Below are positions 28,980-38,928 of a DNA stretch of 64,000 nt, piece by piece. The stretch lies in assembly GCA_050287085.1 (NCBI GenBank), contig JBNKBE010000007.1, forward strand, positions 128,001 to 192,000, in the 5' to 3' direction. Origin of the DNA: Polyangiaceae bacterium. Lineage in GTDB: Bacteria > Myxococcota_A > Polyangia > Polyangiales > Polyangiaceae. The first letter of the stretch is position 1. Every line of letters starts with the position of its first letter. A program made the translations under genes and the position numbers. The notes beneath the pieces were generated by a model. It was not told the origin of the DNA. It saw nothing but the letters and a program-made list of their open reading frames with translations, and made no database searches.

Positions 28980-30995
28980 TTAGAGCGTCGCTTCGATTCC
29001 GATATTGGGGATCGGGAGCCAAGGAATCGAGTCGACAAAGCAGCCGCGCGCGGTGCAATCCAGGTCGTATTCTTCGTCCAGAGCGCTGGCGTTGAGGACT
29101 TCGAGCACGGCGGTGATGCTGCGCGCATCTCCTAGTTGCCACTGTTTCTCCACCCGGGCGTCGACTCGAAAGTATGGCCGCGTGCGGCGGCGCCCGCTGG
29201 TAGTCCGGTTCTTGCCACCCTGAAATGAACGCACGGCTTCGAGCACGCTTGGGTCTTCGCGCGCAAGGTCGAGCAGATCTCCGAGGTTTCCACTGCCCGC
29301 TTTGGGTGGTGCAATGACATCCGGCGGACGCCCCGTGTAGAAGACCGCGCGTCCGCCCATACGCCACCCGAGCGGAAGGCGGTAGCTTAGCGCGGCGTTC
29401 ATGACCAGCAATCGGTCCCATGCGGAGGCAGCGCTGTAGCGCCCAACGGAGCGGGTGGAGCGGAGTAGCGTTGCGCTCAGCAGGCCCCCCAGGGTGTGGT
29501 GGAAGCTGCGTCGCAGTAGGAACTCCAGCCCGATGCTACGTCCGCTCGTACGTGCTTCATGATCCAGATCTTTGGGTATGTTGGATAGGCCGAGAGCGTC
29601 GGTTGTATTGAAGTGCAGGGTGTGGAATGCGCTGGTCCGCGCGCGCAAGTTCCAGGGCAAGCTACGGTAGTAGGTGACGCTGTGCTGTACAGACTGCTGT
29701 AGGCCCTCATCGAGCGTAGAGAGCGCCAAGCCTGGAACGGGTATGACGAATGACGGTGGTTGGTGCGCAACGCCGAAGGCGTGTTCCAGCCCGCTGCTGG
29801 GAGTCAGCTCATAGCGGGCATTTAGGCGTGGTTCGAAAGCGGGACGAATGACACCACGACTCGTGTACACGTCCCCGCGGACGCCGGCCCGCAACTGAAA
29901 CGCACCCCAGCGACGGACCGCTTCGGTGTATGCTCCTGTCACGGCCTGACGCCGTGTTCCGAGCGCGCTTTTGTATTTTTCGGGACTGGCGTTCTTCTGC
30001 TCACCTACGGTTGCGATCCAGGGCGCAAGGGCCCGATAGGCATCGACTCGGATATCGAAGCCCGCGCCCCATTGCGTTTGGCCGAGGGGTTGCGAGTTGT
30101 CGACTCGTAGATTGATGGATTGCTGTCGTATCTTTCCGACGGAACCGCGGTCCGCGGTTTCGTCGAAGCCAAGTGTGGCCGCTATCGTGGTGGAACCGCC
30201 GTCGAGTCGTTCTTGGCTCCAGCGGAGATCTCCGCGATGAAACTCCGAGCTCAAGGCGGCATCGTTGCGTCCGAAGCGATCGTGAGAGCCAAATAGGAAC
30301 AAGCGCAAGGATTGGCCGCGCCCGAGATTCTGGTCGACGATTCCTTGGTAGTCCCAGTAGGACATCGTCACGTCGGGCAGTAGCGTTTTGACCAGGGGCT
30401 CGAATGCGAAGTAGCGTCCAGCGAGCAACGCAGTCGCTCCCGCCCCCAGCGGGGCTTCCACCTTGACGCCGGTGTCGACCGGCAAGAGTCGTGCGCTCTG
30501 GTGGTGCTCATCGCTGAGCTGCGCCAGCTTTCCTTCGATGACGCCACCTGAGTAGCGGCCAAAGCGGGCGGAATAACCTCCGGGGTGGAGGGTGGCCGTC
30601 TCGACCATTCCAGGCGCCAGGATGCTCGGTCCGACACCCATATGGTAGAGCTGGGGGATGGCGATCCCGTCGATCAGGTAGCCCGAGTTGCCGGGCGGAG
30701 CGCCTCGGATGAAGTAATAGGGCAGTCCCGTGACCATCGGCGTAACACCGGGCAAGACGTCGAGGGCGCGGAATGGGTCATTGAAAGCCCCCGCCAGAGC
30801 CCGCACTTCCTCGGCGCTCAGGCGATCGACGCTTTCTTCTGCTGGGGCGCTGACTACAACCTCAAAGGGCACGGTGGGTTCAAGCGCATCGCTCGTCTGT
30901 TCACCTCCTGAGCAGGGAGCTGCCCAACCCACACTGAGCCAGATGCAGGCGTGGGCCCAGTGGAGCCCACGGTACGTACGCGTAAGCATAAGCAT
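28980..30995 (-). CDS. TonB-dependent receptor
   Basis: Plug (DPFRAL.VLPGV, IRG, IDG, PGGYSARFGR..GG); barrel EPRL, R.DAR and C-terminal PNIGIEATL. Confidence 0.88.
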   Translation of the reverse strand: MLMLTRTYRGLHWAHACIWLSVGWAAPCSGGEQTSDALEPTVPFEVVVSAPAEESVDRLSAEEVRALAGAFNDPFRALDVLPGVTPMVTGLPYYFIRGAPPGNSGYLIDGIAIPQLYHMGVGPSILAPGMVETATLHPGGYSARFGRYSGGVIEGKLAQLSDEHHQSARLLPVDTGVKVEAPLGAGATALLAGRYFAFEPLVKTLLPDVTMSYWDYQGIVDQNLGRGQSLRLFLFGSHDRFGRNDAALSSEFHRGDLRWSQERLDGGSTTIAATLGFDETADRGSVGKIRQQSINLRVDNSQPLGQTQWGAGFDIRVDAYRALAPWIATVGEQKNASPEKYKSALGTRRQAVTGAYTEAVRRWGAFQLRAGVRGDVYTSRGVIRPAFEPRLNARYELTPSSGLEHAFGVAHQPPSFVIPVPGLALSTLDEGLQQSVQHSVTYYRSLPWNLRARTSAFHTLHFNTTDALGLSNIPKDLDHEARTSGRSIGLEFLLRRSFHHTLGGLLSATLLRSTRSVGRYSAASAWDRLLVMNAALSYRLPLGWRMGGRAVFYTGRPPDVIAPPKAGSGNLGDLLDLAREDPSVLEAVRSFQGGKNRTTSGRRRTRPYFRVDARVEKQWQLGDARSITAVLEVLNASALDEEYDLDCTARGCFVDSIPWLPIPNIGIEATL

Positions 30996-31111
30996 TTACC
31001 CCGCAGCCTATGCGTCCAGGGCCGCTTTGGGTAGCGCTTGTCGAGGCGGTGAGACGCCGCTCGAGGCAGCCGCGGACCTGCGGTCGAACCACGGCGGAGG
31101 AACCAGGAAGG

Positions 31112-32194
31112 CTAGATGCCGGCGTCTGTCATGGTGGTGTCGCTTGGAACGCCCGCATCGGTGCCGGCTGCCGGATCTGCCTTGGGTATGCACAGTCCCG
31201 GTGCTCCGAAAGCCGCTTCGAAGTCGGCCTTGTCAGCGGCGTCTTCCGGCATGCTACATTCCCAGGATTCGAGCACGCAGTCAGCGTCGGTTTCGCATAG
31301 CGGCAGGCAAACGCCCGGATCTCCTAGCACGGCGGGGTCAAACTGCGGAAGGCAGAGTGAGGGCCCCAGACCATTGGCTGAGTCATGGCAGCCCGTGCTG
31401 CCGGAGCTATTGAAGAACGTGCAGGTCGAACTGCAGATCCCGTCGCTTTCGTCCAGCGTGAGGCACCAACCTCCCGCGCAGTCTTCGGGAGCCGTGCAAG
31501 TTTCGCCGTCGGCCTTGCCATCCGGTTGCGTGTCGGTGCACAGCCCGAGGAGTTGGTTGCACACCTTGTCTTTGCCGCAAGCCTTGTCGTCTAGACAGCT
31601 CGGCAAACAGGCACCTGTGTTATCGCTGTCAAGGGGTAGACACCGCCGCTGGGAGTTTTGGCCGCACTTCGGCACGTTTTGACCGGCTTGGCACGCCTCC
31701 AGACAATAGCCGGGACCCCCCTCAACGGAGACGCAGGTCGTGCCGGTCTGGAATGCTGGACAGCTCTCGGGTTGGCCTTCACAGCGCAATGTACAAATGC
31801 CATCAGCTACTTGGCCTTCCCCGAAGAAGTCTGGGTCTTCGCGCAAGCACAGCAAGCCGGTCGAACACTCCTCGTCGGCGGCGCAGGGATCGCCAATCAG
31901 TTTGCCATCGGGCGTCGCTGGAGAAGCGCCTGCGCTCCCCGCGGCCTGACCGCCCGCCGAGGCTCCTCCTTGTGCATCCCCCGAGGCGCCTCCGCTCGTA
32001 TCACCACCACTTCCCGAGCTGTTGTTGTCGCCGCCTGCGCCAGCTTCACCCTGGGCGGGCTTGGTTGTACCCCCGTCTTGGCCTGACTGGCCTGCCTGCC
32101 CTGACGCCTTGCTCGACTCGTCGGAGCCGCACGCGCTAAGGACGGCGGGTGTTAACAGCAACGCTAGGGCCCAGGAATGACGAGCGCAGTTCAT
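31112..32194 (-). CDS. Cysteine-rich lipoprotein with Gly/Ser-rich linker
   Basis: Lipobox LSAC; repeated C-x4/5-C..C motifs such as GDPCAADEECSTGLLC. Confidence 0.8.
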   Translation of the reverse strand: MNCARHSWALALLLTPAVLSACGSDESSKASGQAGQSGQDGGTTKPAQGEAGAGGDNNSSGSGGDTSGGASGDAQGGASAGGQAAGSAGASPATPDGKLIGDPCAADEECSTGLLCLREDPDFFGEGQVADGICTLRCEGQPESCPAFQTGTTCVSVEGGPGYCLEACQAGQNVPKCGQNSQRRCLPLDSDNTGACLPSCLDDKACGKDKVCNQLLGLCTDTQPDGKADGETCTAPEDCAGGWCLTLDESDGICSSTCTFFNSSGSTGCHDSANGLGPSLCLPQFDPAVLGDPGVCLPLCETDADCVLESWECSMPEDAADKADFEAAFGAPGLCIPKADPAAGTDAGVPSDTTMTDAGI

Positions 32195-32398
32195 CGTCGC
32201 AGCATAGCGGCTAATTGCACGCCCTGGCGGAGTAATTGCGGCGCACGCTAGGCCACGGCTGATTTTTCCAGCCACAAGCGGCTGCTGACAGACGATCTTT
32301 GCGATTCGACCGCAGGAGTTGGCATCGAAGTGCTCAGCTCGACAACGTCAATGGCGGACCGTTTCACTCGGGGGCGAGCGCCCTCTTGCCGGGGGCTT

Positions 32399-32941
32399 TC
32401 AAGGATGTTTCGGCAGATAGTCAGCGAAGGCTTCCACGGGGTGAAGTGACTCGTAGACTCGCGCTCGGGCAACCCGCACCCGGTCGTCTGCCATCGCCTC
32501 GGTGGCGACATGGTAGAGCCACTCGGCGATACGTTCGGAAGTGGGTGTGAAGGGGAAGACGCAGACTTTGATGCCACCAGGGTGTTCATTCTGGGCGCCC
32601 CCGAGGACTCCTTCGAAGGCGGCCTGCGGTGAGCCGCAGTGTCCGTGAACCGCCTGTCGCGACTGGACCAACTGGGTGCCAACGAGACTCAGTCCTTGGG
32701 TGACCTCGTCGTAGCTTTCGCGGCCAAGGGCGAGGGAATGGTCAAGCAGTCGATGGCACGCTTGGAGCACTTGCTCATCGAGTACGTCGAAGTCTGCCAC
32801 GAACCCCTGCGCGTCGAGGGCATCGGCTTCAAGGGTTAGCTCGAATAGCCAAGTGTGACCGTGGAGCGAGATGCAAGGCCCAAGATGACCCCGCACGTGG
32901 TGTGCAAAGTGGATGTGGATGCCGCTGGTAACTCGATACAT
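32399..32941 (-). CDS. queD: 6-carboxytetrahydropterin synthase / PTPS family protein with internal insertion
   Basis: AHH, C..LHGHTW, DF, LDH, PTSE.IA and V.ES motifs. Confidence 0.75.
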   Translation of the reverse strand: MYRVTSGIHIHFAHHVRGHLGPCISLHGHTWLFELTLEADALDAQGFVADFDVLDEQVLQACHRLLDHSLALGRESYDEVTQGLSLVGTQLVQSRQAVHGHCGSPQAAFEGVLGGAQNEHPGGIKVCVFPFTPTSERIAEWLYHVATEAMADDRVRVARARVYESLHPVEAFADYLPKHP

Positions 32942-33075
32942 GGGATCGCCCGGGGTGGGTCTAGGGGGAGGTCTGTGTCCCTTAGCGCAGCCGCCCCGAA
33001 AACGCCATGTGGCGTCCGCGCGGAGTTGGCGACGGTCTCGACCAGCTCGCGACTGACATTGCCATTCGCGGGTCC

Positions 33076-33594
33076 TTACGAACCCAGCACGCGGCGACGT
33101 TCTTGTGCGATATGCCGGTGCACGTTGCGCTGCGCCTCGACCCGCTCGACCAGGGTCCAAACATCACCAGCGTGGCTTTCCCCGGCGCAGGTCAGGAGCA
33201 GGTCTGTGGCTCGCTCAGCTCCGATCGCACCGAAATGGCGACCCGGTAGCTCGACCACCGCAGTCCTGGCTCGAAGCCCCTCCAGCACCCGTAGCAGCCG
33301 CTCGGTCACAGTTTGGAAGACGTCCTCGTCGAATTGGTCGCGTGCGCCCAGTCCGAGCAGCAGGATCTTTTCGAAGGGCAGGCGCGGTTTGCCCTGAACT
33401 AGCACCACTTCTCCGACGGATCCGGTGGCAAACCCCCGGACGATGAGGCGAGAGATGGTACCCGCCAGGCGCCAGTCGACGAGTCCTGCTACGCCGCGAG
33501 GCGGTTGTTCGTCAGCAAGCAGTCCAGCCACGAGCACCTCGGTGCCGATTTGGTCCAGGGCCGCAAGGTCGGGCGAAGTGAAGCGAAGATCCAC
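33076..33594 (-). CDS. Stand-alone M17 leucyl aminopeptidase N-terminal domain protein
   Basis: PPRGVAGLVDWRL.G.ISRL, G..GE..L and LLLGLG; no catalytic domain. Confidence 0.75.
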   Translation of the reverse strand: MDLRFTSPDLAALDQIGTEVLVAGLLADEQPPRGVAGLVDWRLAGTISRLIVRGFATGSVGEVVLVQGKPRLPFEKILLLGLGARDQFDEDVFQTVTERLLRVLEGLRARTAVVELPGRHFGAIGAERATDLLLTCAGESHAGDVWTLVERVEAQRNVHRHIAQERRRVLGS

Positions 33595-33667
33595 GTTGAA
33601 CGCAGCCTAGGTGAGGTCCCAGAAGAGTACAATACGAGCTCTGGCTGAGCTCGCGCTTGCCGTGATG

Positions 33668-34078
33668 TCAGGTAGGCCTGAGCCGCTTGGCGAGCTCGTC
33701 CAACACGCCGTTGACGAACTGCGAACTGCGATCAGCGCCGTAGCGTTTGGCTAGCTCCACGGCCTCGTCCAGGATGACTTCGACCGGTACATCCGGACGC
33801 AACATCAGCTCTCCGGTGCCGAGCCGCAAAATGTTGCGGTCGACCGGGCTCATTCGCTCGAGCCGCCAGTTGGACGAGGCCTGCTGGATCTTGTCGTCGA
33901 TCTCTTCGCGGTGCAGCCAAGTGTCCTGCACCAGTGGGTTGGCGTAGGCACGCCCTTCCACGTCGCCGGGCATTTCGCGCCAGAAGTGAGTTGTGACTTC
34001 TGCTGCACTGTGGCTTGCGGCCTCTGCGGCGAACAGCATCTGCAGGGCGGCCTCGCGCCCACTGGTCCGAGCGCCCAT
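33668..34078 (-). CDS. nusB: Transcription antitermination factor NusB
   Basis: REAALQML, NWRLERM..VDRNILRL, EAVELAKRY and FVNGVLD. Confidence 0.97.
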   Translation of the reverse strand: MGARTSGREAALQMLFAAEAASHSAAEVTTHFWREMPGDVEGRAYANPLVQDTWLHREEIDDKIQQASSNWRLERMSPVDRNILRLGTGELMLRPDVPVEVILDEAVELAKRYGADRSSQFVNGVLDELAKRLRPT

Positions 34079-34081
34079 GAT

Positions 34082-34561
34082 TCAGAGCTGCTGTTCTTTG
34101 AGTTTGCGGTCCAGCGAGACCATTTCCAAGGCGGCCAGGGCAGCGTCGGCGCCCTTGTTGCCGGCTTTGGTTCCGGCCCGCTCGATGGCTTGTTCGATGG
34201 TGTCCGTAGTCAGTACTCCAAAGGCAACCGGCACGCCGGTGTCAGCCGTTGTTCGACTCAACCCGTTGGCAGCGGCGCCGGCCACGTAGTCGAAGTGAGG
34301 CGTCCCGCCGCGGATCACCGCTCCCAAGGCGACGATGGCGTCGAAGCGCCCGGTCCGGGCCAAGCGTGTGGCGATGGCGGGCATCTCCCAAGCACCGGGT
34401 ACCTCGACCAAGGTCAATTGGTCATCGCCCACTCCGTGTTGCGCAAACGCGTTGCGGGCACCCGCTACCAACTGCGAGACGATAAAATCGTTAAACTTCG
34501 CCGCCACGATCGCGAAGCGCGCTTCTGGGATGGGGAGCAACGTGCCTGTCAGCGTCAGCAT
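34082..34561 (-). CDS. ribH: 6,7-dimethyl-8-ribityllumazine synthase
   Basis: [46 protein letters not shown]. Confidence 0.97.
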   Translation of the reverse strand: MLTLTGTLLPIPEARFAIVAAKFNDFIVSQLVAGARNAFAQHGVGDDQLTLVEVPGAWEMPAIATRLARTGRFDAIVALGAVIRGGTPHFDYVAGAAANGLSRTTADTGVPVAFGVLTTDTIEQAIERAGTKAGNKGADAALAALEMVSLDRKLKEQQL

Positions 34562-34571
34562 GGCGGGTTGT

Positions 34572-35741
34572 TTACGCCTGAAGGGGCACCGTGTCGAGCA
34601 CTTCCAACCCGTGTCCTCGGAGCCCGACCAGACGGGGGGGATTGTTGGTTAGCAAGCGGATCCGCGCCAAGCCGAGGGCGCGCAGCACCTGAGCGCCAAG
34701 ACCGTATTCGCGTATGCAGTGCTCGTGGGTATCCGCTTCCGACGCGTCCGGCCCCGACGCATCGGCTCGAAGCGTCTCCAATTGAGCGGTGAGTGAGCTA
34801 TGGCTATGCCCGGGGAGGTATACCAAGACGCCGCATCCCTCCTCTTCGATGCGCTGCAGCGCCAGTCTAGGGGAGGGCGACTGCTTGAGGCCGGTACTGC
34901 TGAGCGCGTCGCTCAGGGGCTGGGCCCGGTGCATGCGGCACAGGGCCGAATCAGTTGGGGTTCCGTACACCAGGGCCAACACCTCCACATCGTCCGGTGT
35001 ACGGAAGACGATGGCATCCCAATCGTGGCCGGTTTCCTGCAAGCGAACGCGGCTTTGGTGAACACGCTCGACGAGCAGCTCCGTCCGAAGCCGGAACTGG
35101 ATCAGGTCGGCGATGGTCAGGATGCGCATGTCGTGTTCACGCGCGAACACCTCGAGATCCGGCATTCGGGCCATCGTGCCGTCGTCCTTCATGATCTCGC
35201 AGATCACCCCTGCAGGATGCAGTCCGGCGAGTCGCGCCAAATCAACGGAGCCTTCCGTTTGTCCTGCCCGTACCAATACGCCTCCGTTGCGGGCCCGCAG
35301 CGGGAAGATATGCCCGGGGCATACGATGTCGCGGGGTGAGGCCGTCGGCGATGCCGCGACGGCGATGGTATGGGAACGGTCGGCAGCACTGATGCCCGTC
35401 GTGACGCCGCTGCTCGCCTCGATGCTGAGCGTGAAAGCAGTTCCGAGCGGTGGTCCGCCGCGCCATTGGGGTAGCGTCATCATGGGCAGCTCGAGCCGTT
35501 CCACCTGCGCTTCCGTGAGCGTCACACAGATGAGCCCTCGGCCGTACTTGGCCATGAAGTTGACGAGCTCAGGTGTCACCTTGTCGGCCGCGAAGACCAG
35601 ATCGCCTTCGTTCTCGCGATCCTCATCGTCGACCAAGATGATCATCTTTCCGTCGCGAATGTCATTGATACAGCGGCTGACGTGGCCTAGCAGGTCCGGA
35701 TCGACGTCGGCGTGGCGCAGCGCACCCAGCGTGTCACTCAT
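34572..35741 (-). CDS. ribB: 3,4-dihydroxy-2-butanone-4-phosphate synthase fused to a degenerate GTP cyclohydrolase II-like domain
   Basis: [47 protein letters not shown]-terminal [10 protein letters not shown] and LLTNNP are present but the Zn-binding cysteines are not. Confidence 0.92.
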   Translation of the reverse strand: MSDTLGALRHADVDPDLLGHVSRCINDIRDGKMIILVDDEDRENEGDLVFAADKVTPELVNFMAKYGRGLICVTLTEAQVERLELPMMTLPQWRGGPPLGTAFTLSIEASSGVTTGISAADRSHTIAVAASPTASPRDIVCPGHIFPLRARNGGVLVRAGQTEGSVDLARLAGLHPAGVICEIMKDDGTMARMPDLEVFAREHDMRILTIADLIQFRLRTELLVERVHQSRVRLQETGHDWDAIVFRTPDDVEVLALVYGTPTDSALCRMHRAQPLSDALSSTGLKQSPSPRLALQRIEEEGCGVLVYLPGHSHSSLTAQLETLRADASGPDASEADTHEHCIREYGLGAQVLRALGLARIRLLTNNPPRLVGLRGHGLEVLDTVPLQA

Positions 35742-35919
35742 ATTTCGGCCAATAGCACGACCGGCGTTTTCGTGCCTCCAGTGTTTCGAAGTGAACGCTG
35801 TGGCTGAACGAGCAGGGGGGCGCACGAGCCGCTTTTTTCGTCGCGGTCTTCATGTTTGCTCATCGTCGACCAGCCGCAATAGTTGACCCGTACCAGTTGG
35901 AACGGCTACCCCATAGGGG

Positions 35920-37140
35920 ATGTCGCTTTCCCCAAGTCCGGGTTTTGCGCAAGGACCCCAGGCACAACGCGTGTTTCATCCTCGAAGAAGTACCCCCGCC
36001 GACGTCGTTCGTCCCACACGGGCGGAGATTAGCCTGCCCAATCTGCGACACAATCTCCGCGTTTTGGCGCGGCGCACGCAGGCGCAGATATGGTGTGTTC
36101 TGAAGGCGGACGCCTACGGGCATGGGGCGAAAGCATGTGCGCGTACTTTGGAGCGGGCGGGTGCGGCGGGCGTCTGTGTTGCGCTAGTCGAGGAGGGAGT
36201 CGAGCTGCGCAGCGCGGGTATTACGCTTCCCATCTTGGTGATGGGCGGCTACTACGCCCGAGCGTACGACGAGTTGGTCGAGCAGCAGCTCACCCCTGTG
36301 CTGTGCAATGTCGAGCAGATCCGTCTCTACGCGGAGGAGGCTCGCCATCGGGGGCTTGCGCGCGTGCCGGCCCACATCAAGTTCGACACGGGCATGGCGC
36401 GCCTTGGTTTTCTACCGGCGCAGGTGGACACCTGTGCAAATGCCCTACAGGAAGCTCCAGAGCTGCATTTTGAGGGACTGATGACCCACTTCGCGTCGAG
36501 TGATCGCGCCACTGTCGAACGCCAAGCGGCGGTTTTCGAGCGTGTTAGGGCGGCCCTAGATATGCGAGGTCTGCGACCAGAACTCCGGCACGCAGCCAGC
36601 ACTGGCGCAATGCTTCTTCACGCCGACGCTCACTATGACGCGGTGCGACCGGGCCTTGGCGTGTTCGGGGTCGAGCCCGAAGCGGACACCGCTCCCGACT
36701 TGCGGCCAGCCATGCGGGTGCTGACAACGGTGGTTGCGCTTCGGGACCTTCCTGCCGGAGCCGCCGTGGGGTACTCCGGAATATGGCGCGCGCCAGGCCC
36801 CGCCCGGATCGCCACCATACCCATGGGGTATGCCGACGGTCTGAGTCGCCTGAACTCAAATGTGGGATATGTACTGATTCGTGGGATGCGAGCGCCCATT
36901 GTAGGGGCAGTGAGCATGGATATGACCACAGTGGACGTGTCTGCGATCCCCGAGGTGTCACTCGGCGACGAGGTGGTGGTTCTTGGTTCCCAGCGACTGC
37001 CTGTTGGGACCGAGCACAGCGCGGGGCAAGAGATTCAGTGCATCAGCGCCTCGGAACTTGCGGACCGGGAGGGCACAATTCCGTGGGAAGTGTTGACCAA
37101 TATTTCGCGACGAGTGCCGCGCTTTTATCGAGAGGCATAG
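35920..37140 (+). CDS. alr: Alanine racemase
   Basis: VLKADAYGHG (PLP lysine), KFDTGMARLG, MTHFA, VRPG, GYADG and MD motifs. Confidence 0.95.
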   Translation: MSLSPSPGFAQGPQAQRVFHPRRSTPADVVRPTRAEISLPNLRHNLRVLARRTQAQIWCVLKADAYGHGAKACARTLERAGAAGVCVALVEEGVELRSAGITLPILVMGGYYARAYDELVEQQLTPVLCNVEQIRLYAEEARHRGLARVPAHIKFDTGMARLGFLPAQVDTCANALQEAPELHFEGLMTHFASSDRATVERQAAVFERVRAALDMRGLRPELRHAASTGAMLLHADAHYDAVRPGLGVFGVEPEADTAPDLRPAMRVLTTVVALRDLPAGAAVGYSGIWRAPGPARIATIPMGYADGLSRLNSNVGYVLIRGMRAPIVGAVSMDMTTVDVSAIPEVSLGDEVVVLGSQRLPVGTEHSAGQEIQCISASELADREGTIPWEVLTNISRRVPRFYREA

Positions 37141-37282
37141 TCTAGGGCCGCTGGCGCCGCGTGCTGGGCCTCGGTGGGGTCAGTTCATGCTAGCAAAGTG
37201 GAATCCCAAGTTTTTCGCATTTTTTCCTGACCTGTCTGGCGCACGGAAAGCATAGTCGGTAGCTTCGCCTTGGGCGCGCGGT

Positions 37283-37372
37283 GAATCGAGTGACAGCGAA
37301 TCGAGTGACAGCGAATCGAGCAACTTCCCACCGTACGATTGACCGCAGTACGATCTACCGCTGTGCGATTGA
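37283..37372 (+). repeat. Two adjacent 15-bp-period tandem arrays
   Basis: gaatcgagtgacagc x2.5 (37283-37320); ccaccgtacgattga/ccgcagtacgatcta/ccgctgtgcgattga (37328-37372). Confidence 0.85.
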
Positions 37373-37399
37373 AGGCGGGCCTGCGATAGGGATCCGGGC

Positions 37400-38473
37400 G
37401 TGACCCTCGTTGTCTATTCCCCTGACGACGAAGCGGGAGCCATGCTTTGTTCGGCCTTGGCGCGACAGTCGGTTCCGAGCCGATGGTCTCGGAACTTCGA
37501 GATCATGGACGGAAGCGCGCTGGTGGCGGTAGTCGACGACGCGCTCCCGCGCTTCGAAGAGCTGATCGAGCAGGCCAAGGCAAGACCCTGGATGCGTTCA
37601 TACCTGATTTCGACGCACGTTCAGTCGCAGCTGGTGCCTGCGTCCAGGTTGGTGCAGAAGCCCTTTGACGCCGCTTGGTTTGCCTGCGCCCTGCGCTTCG
37701 AATACCAACTGGCAGATCTCGATCGGCAACGTCATACGGAGACTCAGCGCTTGGAAAGCGAGCTTCAGCACTCCCAGCGGCTTGCCCACCTCGGCCAGAT
37801 TGCGGCGACGATGTCGCACGAAATCAACAATCCACTGGCCGTCATTCGGAGCTGCGCCGCGTGGATCGCGGAGTACGCGGCGCAAAACCCTGAGCCCGAC
37901 TTGGTGGAAGTGGCCGCAGACCTTGAGCTGGCATCGGAACGCATAGGGGGCTTCGTGGAACAAATGAGCGGCTTTTCTCGCAAGGGTCCGCCGTCGTTGC
38001 GTGATGTGCCGATAGCACGGGCGGTCGAAGTGGCGCTCCGCCTGGTGCGCCCGCGAGCAGCCGAGAAGGGTGTTCAGCTAGAGTTGGTCGATCCCAACGC
38101 GATGCTGCATCGAGCCATGCATGATTCCGGGCGCATATCACAAGCCATTTTGAATCTGCTGGCCAACGCTGTGGATGCCGCCGCGCTCGGTGGAAGACAA
38201 GTGTGGATTGATGTCGAGCGTAGTGCGGCACATCTTCACGTTCGCGTTGCTGACAACGGTCCCGGCGTGCCAGACGAGATCGGCTCGCGCGCGTTCGAGC
38301 CGTTTGCCACAACCAAGCCTCCCGGGCAGGGTACCGGACTTGGGTTACCTTTGTGTCGTGCCATCTTGCTGGAGCATGCTGGAAACGTCACCCTTTCGGC
38401 GCGACCCGGAGGTGGGACTGTCGCTGAGCTCGTGTGGCCGGTTGGAGGGCCCCTGCGCGGGGAGGTGCACTGA
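37400..38473 (+). CDS. Cytoplasmic sensor histidine kinase with degenerate receiver-like N-terminus
   Basis: H-box SHEINNPL, N-box NLLANAVDA, DNGPG, FEPFATTK, GTGLGL. Confidence 0.92.
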   Translation: MTLVVYSPDDEAGAMLCSALARQSVPSRWSRNFEIMDGSALVAVVDDALPRFEELIEQAKARPWMRSYLISTHVQSQLVPASRLVQKPFDAAWFACALRFEYQLADLDRQRHTETQRLESELQHSQRLAHLGQIAATMSHEINNPLAVIRSCAAWIAEYAAQNPEPDLVEVAADLELASERIGGFVEQMSGFSRKGPPSLRDVPIARAVEVALRLVRPRAAEKGVQLELVDPNAMLHRAMHDSGRISQAILNLLANAVDAAALGGRQVWIDVERSAAHLHVRVADNGPGVPDEIGSRAFEPFATTKPPGQGTGLGLPLCRAILLEHAGNVTLSARPGGGTVAELVWPVGGPLRGEVH

Positions 38474-38892
38474 TGTTGTGGCTCGAGCTCGCGGCTCAGC
38501 GTTTTCCTCTCCGGCCTGGGGAAACGACTCTTGGGCGAAGTCTCTACTGCACGGTTGTCGTCGGTGGTCGGATGGCGTCTCGCGAACACGCGACTATTGT
38601 CGTTCGGGGTGAGCAAGCGCTGCTCAGTGACGCAAACAGCCGCAACGGCACCTTCCTCAACGGCGCTCTTATCACCGCGCCGGTGCCGATATCGGCGGGC
38701 GACGTGATCGGCATCGGTTCTAGTACCATGAGGGTCGTCGAGCTTTCTGCCGATGAGGACGCGGCCAGCACAACCGCGGAGCGCAACCTGGACGAAGCCT
38801 CACTTCGGGAAGAACTGACGACCCTGAGTGACGTTTCATCAGTGCCGGCTGTCTCGCGTTCGAGCCGGAAGCCAAAGCCGCATTCCAAATAA
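38473..38892 (+). CDS. FHA domain protein
   Basis: LGRS, SREHA and S.NGTFLNG motifs; TGATG overlap with the kinase stop. Confidence 0.9.
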   Translation: MLWLELAAQRFPLRPGETTLGRSLYCTVVVGGRMASREHATIVVRGEQALLSDANSRNGTFLNGALITAPVPISAGDVIGIGSSTMRVVELSADEDAASTTAERNLDEASLREELTTLSDVSSVPAVSRSSRKPKPHSK

Positions 38893-38928
38893 GGTAGCGA
38901 CGGCGGTCGGGGTGTTTCCGGGTGGGAG

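Noticed and set aside
35742..35919. FMN riboswitch upstream of ribB
   Set aside because: None of the conserved RFN sequence blocks is visible; the region is a short divergent spacer shared with alr.
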